A DNA stretch of 64,000 nucleotides, taken from positions 1,480,142 to 1,544,141 of the forward strand of contig OZ250164.1 in NCBI GenBank assembly GCA_965237865.1. The letters are read 5' to 3'. Positions within the stretch are counted from its first letter, which is position 1; each line of letters opens with the position of its first letter. Both the position numbers and the translations under genes were made by a program. The notes beneath the pieces were generated by a model. The model was not told where the DNA came from. It saw only the letters and a program-made list of their open reading frames with translations, and searched no databases. Of this stretch, positions 57,447 through 64,000 are shown one piece after another. Source of the DNA: Dehalococcoidia bacterium. GTDB lineage: Bacteria; Chloroflexota; Dehalococcoidia; UBA2979.

Positions 57447-59252
57447 CTAGCGCACCTGCTCCATGTGGTAGGTGACGATCTCGTCGCCTTCCTCGAAGGC
57501 CTCGAAGCCGTCCACGGTGATACCGCACTCGAGGCCGGCGGCGACCTGGCGCGCATCCTCCTGGAAGCGCTTGAGCGTATCGACGCGCGCCTCGCGAAGC
57601 ACCTCGCCGCCGCGCATCACTCGCGCGAGCGCGCCGCGCGTGACGGCGCCGTCGCGCACGAGGCAGCCGGCGATCGAGTTGCGGCGTCCGCGGCGGAAGA
57701 CCTGGCGCACCTCGGCGACGGCGTCGCGGCGCTCCTCGTAGATCGGTTGGAGCATCCCGCGCACGGCCTGTTCGACGTCCTCGATCACCTCGTAGATCAC
57801 GCGGTACTCGCGGATCTCGACGTGCTCCGCCTCGGCGAGGCGCTGGGCGCCGGTCTCGGGGCGGGTGTTGAAGGCGATGATCACGCCCTGGGAGGCGACC
57901 GCGAGGTTGACGTCGGACTCGTTGACCGTCCCCGCGGCGGCGTGGATGACCTTGACGTTGATCTCGTCCACGGCGAGGCCCTCGATGGCGCGCACGAGCG
58001 GCTCGATCGAGCCCTGCACGTCCGTCTTGAGCACGATGTTGAAGTCCTGCACGGCCCCGCGGTGGATCTCCCCGAACAACGTGTCGAGGGTCACGCCGGT
58101 GCGGACACTGCCCTCGCGGTCGGCCGCGCGGCGCAGCTCCTCGCTCTCGGCGCGGGCGCTGCGCTCGTCCTTGACGGTCACGAAGCGCTCGCCCGCTCGC
58201 GGCACCTCGCTCAGCCCGAGCACGGTCACCGGCGTCGAGGGGCCCGCCTCCTTGAGGCGCTCCCCGCTGGAGTCCGTCATCGCCTTGATGCGGCCGTAGG
58301 CCAGCCCGGCGCGGATCACGTCGCCGGGGCGCAGCGTGCCGGTCTGCACGAGGATCGTCGCCGCGATGCCGCGGCGCGGGTCGGTCGCCGCCTCGAGCAC
58401 GACGCCGATGGCGCCGCGATCGGGGTTGGCTTTCAACTCCTCCAGATCGGCGACGAGCAGCACGTTCTCGAGCAGGTCGTCGATGCCGTCGCCGACGAGC
58501 GCGGAGATCGGCACGACCACGGTGTCTCCGCCGAACTCCTCGGGGACGAGCTCGGCGCCCATCAGCTCCTGCTTCACGCGGTCGGGGTTGGCGTTCGGCA
58601 GGTCCGTCTTGTTGACCGCGACCACGATCGGCACGCCGGCGGCGCGGGCGTGGTCGATCGCCTCGCGCGTCTGCGGCATCACGCCGTCGTCGGCGGCGAC
58701 GACGATGATCGCGATGTCCGTGACCTGCGCGCCACGGGCGCGCATCTCCGTGAACGCCGCGTGGCCTGGAGTGTCGATGAAGGTGACCATGCGGCCGTCC
58801 GGTGCGGAGGCCTGGTAGGCGCCGATGTGCTGGGTGATGCCGCCCGCCTCGCCCTCGGCGACCCGGGCGCGCCGGATCGAGTCGAGCAGCGTCGTCTTGC
58901 CGTGGTCGACGTGGCCCAGCACGGTGACCACCGGCGCACGCGGCTGTGCGTCCTCGCCCTCCTCGATGATGCGGCGCGACTGCGGAGCGGACTCGACCTC
59001 GCCGGTGGCGGCGGCCTCCTCGCCGCCCTCCTCCTCGGGCGAGTAGCCGAGGTCGGCGGCGACAACGGCGGCCGTATCGAAGTCGACGACCTGGTTGATG
59101 GTCGCCATCACGCCGTTCTTCATCAGTTCCTTGATGACGTCAACGGGCGTGATGCCGAGCAGACCGGCGAGGTCGCTGATGACGACGGCAGGAGGAATCG
59201 TGACGCGCGGCGCCTCGGCAGTTGAAACGGTCTGGTCCGGAGCCTGGGTCAT
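57447..59252 (-). CDS. infB: Translation initiation factor IF-2 (short form, 601 aa)
   Basis: G-domain '[17 protein letters not shown]', 'DTPGHAAF' and 'NKTD'. Confidence 0.93.
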   Translation of the reverse strand: MTQAPDQTVSTAEAPRVTIPPAVVISDLAGLLGITPVDVIKELMKNGVMATINQVVDFDTAAVVAADLGYSPEEEGGEEAAATGEVESAPQSRRIIEEGEDAQPRAPVVTVLGHVDHGKTTLLDSIRRARVAEGEAGGITQHIGAYQASAPDGRMVTFIDTPGHAAFTEMRARGAQVTDIAIIVVAADDGVMPQTREAIDHARAAGVPIVVAVNKTDLPNANPDRVKQELMGAELVPEEFGGDTVVVPISALVGDGIDDLLENVLLVADLEELKANPDRGAIGVVLEAATDPRRGIAATILVQTGTLRPGDVIRAGLAYGRIKAMTDSSGERLKEAGPSTPVTVLGLSEVPRAGERFVTVKDERSARAESEELRRAADREGSVRTGVTLDTLFGEIHRGAVQDFNIVLKTDVQGSIEPLVRAIEGLAVDEINVKVIHAAAGTVNESDVNLAVASQGVIIAFNTRPETGAQRLAEAEHVEIREYRVIYEVIEDVEQAVRGMLQPIYEERRDAVAEVRQVFRRGRRNSIAGCLVRDGAVTRGALARVMRGGEVLREARVDTLKRFQEDARQVAAGLECGITVDGFEAFEEGDEIVTYHMEQVR

Positions 59253-59635
59253 CGCTCGTGTTCCCCATTTCGTGCGGTCCCGGCGGTCGCGGCAATGGCG
59301 CTCCGGCTGGCCTCGCGCTGCTGCGCGTATGCACGCAGTGTAGCGCGGTCCGCGGCGCTCACCGCGGTCCGGAGCGCCCGATCCAGCCGTCCCTCCTCGA
59401 TTGCCTGCTGCCAGCAGGCGGGCGATTCGCAGAGGTAGCCGCCGCGTCCCGGCGCGCGCCCGCGCTCGTCCACGCTGACCGAGCCGTCCGCGCCGCGCAC
59501 CAGCCGGGTCAGCGATCGCTGATCGCCCTGCTCGCGGCAGCTCAGGCAGCTACGCTGCGGAGGCGTCCGTTGCCGGGCCGGGACCACTGCGTTGCATCCG
59601 TCCCATTCGCTGATCGCGTTCGCGCGCTGTGTCAC
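59249..59635 (-). CDS. ylxR: YlxR/DUF448-family RNA-binding protein
   Basis: 'RSCLSCRE' and 'GRGGYLC' Cys motifs. Located between nusA and infB. Confidence 0.75.
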   Translation of the reverse strand: MTQRANAISEWDGCNAVVPARQRTPPQRSCLSCREQGDQRSLTRLVRGADGSVSVDERGRAPGRGGYLCESPACWQQAIEEGRLDRALRTAVSAADRATLRAYAQQREASRSAIAATAGTARNGEHER

Positions 59636-61296
59636 GCCTGGTCGTCGTACTCCCCGTACTCGTCGTCTTCCTCGTACTCGCCATCATCGTCGGAGTCGTA
59701 CGGCACGTCGCCGTGCAACTCGCTGAGCCCTTCCTCGATATCTTCGTCGTCGATCTCGAAGCGGCGGCGTCCACCGCGCGGCTGGCGATCGCGCGCCGGC
59801 TCGGCCGCCCCGCGACGGCGCCGCCGTGCAGGGCCGCGACCGGGCCGCGCGGGCCGGTCCGCTTCGTCGTCGATGTCCCGCAGTTCGCCGATCTCCTCGG
59901 CGAAGCGCAGCCCGCCCGGCTCGGAGCGAGGCGCAGCCGGCCGCGCCGGCGCGGCCTCGGCAGGCGCGGCCTCATCGACGGCGAGCTCGGCCGCAGCCGC
60001 GGCCTCCCCGACGGCCTCGGTGGACTCGGCGAACTCAGCGAGCACCTCCTGCTCCGGCGTGAGCGGTGCGGGCTCGGGCGCCTCGATCGGCTCGTGCTCG
60101 CCGGGCAGCCCGGGCCGCGCGTAGCCCGCCTGCGAGGGCGCGACCACGTCCGGCAGCGTCGGCAGCGTCGGCAGCGCGGGCGCGGGCGCCAGCGGCATCG
60201 CGTCCATGTTGGGTTCGGGCGGCGGGTACAGATCCTCGCCGTTGCGGATCAGCACGCTCTCCGGGCTGATCTCGATGCGGCGGCCCGTCAGCCGCGCGGC
60301 CAGGCGGGCGTTCTGCCCCTCCTTGCCGATCGCGAGGCTGAATTGCTTGTCCGGCACCGCGAGGAATGCCGTGTTCGTCTCGCGGTCGAGGCGCACCGAT
60401 ACGACCTCGGCGGGACTCAGCGCGTTCGCGACGAAGCCCGCCTCGTTCGGATCCCAGCGGACCACGTCGATGCGCTCCCCACCGAGCTCGTTGACGACGT
60501 TCTGGATGCGCGCTCCGCGCACGCCGACGACCGCGCCGATCGGGTCGATGCCGTCCTGGCGCGAGATCACGGCGATCTTGCTGCGGTAGCCCGGCTCGCG
60601 CGCCATCATCACGATCTCGACGGTGCCCTTCGCGATCTCCGGCGACTCGAGCTCGAGCAGCCGTCGCAGCAGCTCCGGATGCGAGCGCGAGGCGACCACC
60701 TGCGGCCCCTTCGCCGCCCGGTAGACCTCCTTGACGTAGACCCGCAGCCGCTGCCCCACCCGGTAGTGCTCGGGGCGCACCTGCTCGGCGGAGGGCAACA
60801 CGGCCTCGGTCCGGCCGAGGTCGAGGATCACGTTGCGGCGGCCGGCCTCGACACGCAGCACGGTGCCGGAGACGAGTTCGCCCTGCTTCGTCGTGAACTC
60901 GCCGAAGACCGCCTCGCGCTCGGCCTCGCGCAGCCGCTGCAGCACCACCTGCTTCGCGGTCTGCGCGGCGATGCGGCCGGCGTCGAGCGAGGTCTCGAGG
61001 GTCTCGCGGATGCGATCGCCGGCGGCCGAGCCGGGATGGCCCATCTCCGCCGCGCGCTCAGGCGAGACCTGGATCTCGTCGTCCTCGATCTCCTCGTCGG
61101 GCATCACGTCCCAGACGCGCCAAGCGTCGATGTCGCCCGTCTCGACATCGATTTTGACCTCGATCTCGGCGTACTGGAGTTCGTCCTTCTTGTACGCGGA
61201 GGCCATCGCCGCCTCGACGGCCTGGAAGACCGTATCGCTGTCGAGGTTCTTCTCCGCGGAGAGCTGCGCGATCGCCGTGACGAATTCGTTCTTCAT
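59632..61296 (-). CDS. nusA: Transcription termination/antitermination factor NusA, with acidic C-terminal tail
   Basis: N-terminal domain, S1 and two KH domains, then a Gly/Arg/acidic tail 'YDSDDDGEYEEDDEYGEYDDQA'. Confidence 0.92.
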   Translation of the reverse strand: MKNEFVTAIAQLSAEKNLDSDTVFQAVEAAMASAYKKDELQYAEIEVKIDVETGDIDAWRVWDVMPDEEIEDDEIQVSPERAAEMGHPGSAAGDRIRETLETSLDAGRIAAQTAKQVVLQRLREAEREAVFGEFTTKQGELVSGTVLRVEAGRRNVILDLGRTEAVLPSAEQVRPEHYRVGQRLRVYVKEVYRAAKGPQVVASRSHPELLRRLLELESPEIAKGTVEIVMMAREPGYRSKIAVISRQDGIDPIGAVVGVRGARIQNVVNELGGERIDVVRWDPNEAGFVANALSPAEVVSVRLDRETNTAFLAVPDKQFSLAIGKEGQNARLAARLTGRRIEISPESVLIRNGEDLYPPPEPNMDAMPLAPAPALPTLPTLPDVVAPSQAGYARPGLPGEHEPIEAPEPAPLTPEQEVLAEFAESTEAVGEAAAAAELAVDEAAPAEAAPARPAAPRSEPGGLRFAEEIGELRDIDDEADRPARPGRGPARRRRRGAAEPARDRQPRGGRRRFEIDDEDIEEGLSELHGDVPYDSDDDGEYEEDDEYGEYDDQA

Positions 61297-61336
61297 GTGC
61301 TGCCGCCGCCCCGGGGATTCCCCGGCTGGAGCCGCC

Positions 61337-61365
61337 CTTGCTACAAAAAAACGTGGGCCGGGCCC
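61337..61365 (-). terminator. Rho-independent terminator downstream of proS (read on the minus strand)
   Basis: Minus strand reads 'GAGACGUGGGCC-CGG-CCCACGU' followed by 'UUUUUUUG'. It lies between proS and nusA. Confidence 0.7.
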
Positions 61366-61438
61366 ACGTCTCGCAAGGAGGCGCTGGTGTCCTGCTCAGT
61401 GTAGCACGCACCCCGGTCCTCGCGGGGTGCGGAACTCG

Positions 61439-63196
61439 TCAGTCGGCCGCGATGTCGGGGTCCAGCGCCTCGATGGCTGCCGCGCGCAGCGCGCGCACAT
61501 GGGCCACCACCTCGTCGCGCGGGACGTGTTCGGTCTCGCCCGTCGCGCGCGTGCGCAGCTCGACAGTCCCGCGCTCGTGGTTGCGCGCGGAGACCGTGAG
61601 CCGCCAGGGCAGGCCGATCAGGTCGGCGTCGTTGAACTTCACGCCGGGCGACTCGTCGCGGTCGTCGAACAGCACCTCGAGGCCTGCCGCGGCCAGCTCG
61701 GCGTAGAGCGCCTCCGCCTCCTCGGCGACCTGCGGGTCGCGGTCCAGCCGCAGCGCCACGAGGTGCACGTCGTAAGGCGCGACGGAGGCCGGCCAGCTGA
61801 TGCCGTCCTCGTCGTGGTTCGCCTCGACGGCCGCGGCGACGATGCGATCGACGCCAATGCCGTAGCAGCCCATCGTCGGCACCACAGCTGTGCCGTCGGG
61901 CCCGAGCACGTCGACGCTGAACGCCTCGGAGTAGATCTGCCCGAGGCGGAAGACGTGCCCCATCTCGATGCCGCGGTGCAGCCCGATCACGCCCGCGCCG
62001 CAGGCCTCGCAGGCGTGGCCGGCCTCGGCGAGGGCGATGTCGGCGACCTCGCTCGCCTGCCAGTCGCGGCCGTGGTTCACGTTGCGCAGGTGCACGTCCG
62101 GCTTGTTCGCGCCCGCCACCAGGTTGGGCGAGTCCGGGATCGAGGTGTCCACGATCACCAGCATCCGGTCGCCGAGCCCGACCGGCGAGGCGGAGCCGGC
62201 GACGAGGCCGAACTGCTCGACCTCGGCGTCGCTCATCGCCCGCAGCGAGCGCCCACCGAGGGCGTTGGCGAGCTTGACCTCGTTGATCTGCAGGTCACCG
62301 CGCACGACGGCGAAGATGGGCTCCTCCGGATCGCTGCCGCCCCCGGCCATATAGAACACGGCCTTTGCAGTCCCGGCCGTCGGGATATCGAGCAGCGCGG
62401 CCAGCCCCTCGATGGTGGTCGTTCCCGGCGTCGCGACCTCCTCAAGGGGGAGCGGGGCCGCGGGCGCGGCGGGCGGGCGCAGGAAGGCGGCCTTCTCCGT
62501 GTTGGCGGCGTAGCCGCAGTCCGAACAGAGCGCGACGGTGTCCTCTCCCGCCTCGCTGAGGAAGATGAACTCCTGCGAGCCCTTGCCGCCGATCGCGCCC
62601 GAGTCCGCCTCGACGGGGACGGTGGGCACGCCGCAGCGCGCGAAGATGCGCCGGTAGGCCTGGAACATCGCCTCGTAGGAGTCGCTGAGGCCGTCCTCGT
62701 CGAGGTCGAAGGAGTAGGCGTCCTTCATCGTGAACTCGCGCACGCGCACCAGGCCGCCGCGCGGCCGTCCCTCGTCGCGGAACTTGGTCTGGATCTGGTA
62801 GAGCGTGACGGGCAGGTCGCGGTAGGAGCTGGAGTGATCGCCGAAGAGGCGGGTGATCACCTCCTCGTGCGTCGGTCCGAGCACGAGTTCGCGCCCGCGC
62901 TGGTCGCTGAGGTGGAAGAGCACGGGCCCGAAGGCCTCCTCGCGCCCGCTCTGTCGCCAGATCTCGACCGGCTGGATCGCGGGCAGCAGCACCTCCTGCC
63001 CGCCCGCCGCGTCCATCTCCTCGCGCACGACGGCCTCGGCCTTGAGGCGGGCGCGACGGCCGAGCGGCAGGTAGCTATAGGCGCCGGCCATGAGCTGGTC
63101 GATGCAGCCCGCGCGCAGCAGCAGCCGATGGCTCGCCGTCTCCGCATCGGCGGGCGCCTCGCGCAGCGTGCGTCCGAACAGCCGTGACATTCGCAT
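61439..63196 (-). CDS. proS: Prolyl-tRNA synthetase
   Basis: Start 'MRMSRLFGRTLREAPADAE'. Class II motifs and an INS editing domain are present (bacterial type). Confidence 0.92.
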   Translation of the reverse strand: MRMSRLFGRTLREAPADAETASHRLLLRAGCIDQLMAGAYSYLPLGRRARLKAEAVVREEMDAAGGQEVLLPAIQPVEIWRQSGREEAFGPVLFHLSDQRGRELVLGPTHEEVITRLFGDHSSSYRDLPVTLYQIQTKFRDEGRPRGGLVRVREFTMKDAYSFDLDEDGLSDSYEAMFQAYRRIFARCGVPTVPVEADSGAIGGKGSQEFIFLSEAGEDTVALCSDCGYAANTEKAAFLRPPAAPAAPLPLEEVATPGTTTIEGLAALLDIPTAGTAKAVFYMAGGGSDPEEPIFAVVRGDLQINEVKLANALGGRSLRAMSDAEVEQFGLVAGSASPVGLGDRMLVIVDTSIPDSPNLVAGANKPDVHLRNVNHGRDWQASEVADIALAEAGHACEACGAGVIGLHRGIEMGHVFRLGQIYSEAFSVDVLGPDGTAVVPTMGCYGIGVDRIVAAAVEANHDEDGISWPASVAPYDVHLVALRLDRDPQVAEEAEALYAELAAAGLEVLFDDRDESPGVKFNDADLIGLPWRLTVSARNHERGTVELRTRATGETEHVPRDEVVAHVRALRAAAIEALDPDIAAD

Positions 63197-63496
63197 GGCG
63201 TCGAGGGTACGCAGGCGGGGCGGCGCGGGCAAAGGCGGGGGCGCGTTCGTCGCATCAAGCTCGGACGGCAATCCCTTGGGCTCCGGGCTAAAGGACGTAG
63301 CGGCGCGAACGCCGTGACACATCCAGGTGTCAGTACGACCAACCTCGCGTATGCTCACGGACGCTACCGGACCGTGGGTATACTGGACGTGATGCCAGAG
63401 CACAGTGATGGATTCGGAATGCGCCGAGGGGATCGCGGACTACAGGTAGAGGGTGGTCTCCGAGGCGAGCGAATCCGGCTCAGGGAGGGGTCGGCC

Positions 63497-63910
63497 ATGG
63501 AGCGCAAGGACTGGCTGCTACTTCTACTGGAGGAAGAACTCGATCCAATCAGGATCCAAAAGGGCATGTTCTTATTTGCAAAGGAGTCTGGAGCACCGGA
63601 AGAGCAACTGTATGACTTCCAGCCGTACAACTGGGGCCCGTGCAGCTTCACAATCTACGACGATCTCGATAGCATGTATGCAGAAGGACTAATTGAGCGC
63701 AGGCCTGTTGCGGGAAAGTCTTGGTCCCGGTACCAAGTTACTGGTTCCGGAAAGTCACTTGTCGCAAAGGTCAAAGGACGAAGATCACCAGAGTCACAGT
63801 ACCTTGGCAAGATCAAGGACTCGATAAAGGAGGCTTCTTTCAACGATCTCCTGAGGGGCGTCTACAAGAAGTACCCTGAGTACGCTACGAAGAGCCAATT
63901 CCAAGAATAG
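63497..63910 (+). CDS. Panacea-domain (DUF4065, SocA-like antitoxin-associated) protein in a low-GC patch at the window edge
   Basis: ATG lies 8 nt after 'GGGAGGGG'. 'IRIQKGMFLFAKESG' and 'YDFQPYNWGPCSFTIYDDLDSM' fit the Panacea 'KL.YL.Q..Y.F..W..GPV.P.VY' pattern. GC is ~50% against a 70% background. Confidence 0.5.
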   Translation: MERKDWLLLLLEEELDPIRIQKGMFLFAKESGAPEEQLYDFQPYNWGPCSFTIYDDLDSMYAEGLIERRPVAGKSWSRYQVTGSGKSLVAKVKGRRSPESQYLGKIKDSIKEASFNDLLRGVYKKYPEYATKSQFQE

Positions 63911-64000
63911 ATCAGGGGCTGCGTGGCATCGTCAAAGTACCGTAATCGTCGCCCTCCGCTACGCCGACGGTGTCCTCATCTGTTCTGATGCACAGTCGAC

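Noticed and set aside
59629-63187. 591-aa and 784-aa plus-strand ORFs antisense to nusA and proS
   Set aside because: Both are antisense to well-supported housekeeping genes. GC artefacts.

Overview
This is a ~70% GC bacterial chromosomal window. The PIM-type lipid genes, the kasA/kasB-like pair, the protein disulfide oxidoreductase and the short IF-2 suggest a thermophilic Chloroflexota/Thermomicrobia-like or deep actinobacterial lineage; this is a guess. Long antisense ORFs throughout are high-GC artefacts.

Layout:
- 1-24.7 kb: an aromatic amino-acid supraoperon. It runs tyrA', aroA, gmk, two low-GC hypotheticals, a WWW leader peptide, trpE, a NUDIX/DinB gene, a 71-bp x4 tandem repeat, trpG, a retropepsin-like gene flanked by 53-bp direct repeats, trpD, trpC, trpF, an inserted signalling module (STAS antagonist, REC-PP2C phosphatase, RsbW-like kinase, orphan solute-binding protein, HAMP sensor kinase), trpB, a CPBP protease, trpA, aroH and a DAHP synthase. 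scpA, ribF and tyrS follow.
- 25-36 kb: an EF-G paralog, recJ, tandem KAS II genes plus fabD, nnr, acpS and folD.
- 36-47 kb: an accessory patch. A vapBC-like locus is broken by an IS1380-family element. prfB follows with its classical CUU-UGA-C +1 frameshift, then a HEXXH secreted protein. A J-domain/tandem-repeat protein gene is split by an IS21-family element (istAB, 5-bp TSD). An IS481-family element sits in a CTAG site.
- 47-53 kb: an inositol-phospholipid cluster (ino1, two HtrB-like acyltransferases, a PHP phosphoesterase, a GT4 mannosyltransferase-like gene, a CDP-alcohol phosphatidyltransferase, a protein disulfide oxidoreductase).
- 53-64 kb: lysR, a PQQ-propeller lipoprotein, truB-rbfA-infB-ylxR-nusA, proS, and a low-GC Panacea-domain gene at the window edge.

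Most notable: the signalling module embedded in the trp operon, the repeated duplication of gene 5' ends that creates coupled uORFs before trpG and trpD, the IS-disrupted toxin-antitoxin locus and repeat-protein locus, and the PHP phosphatase inside the PIM-like cluster.
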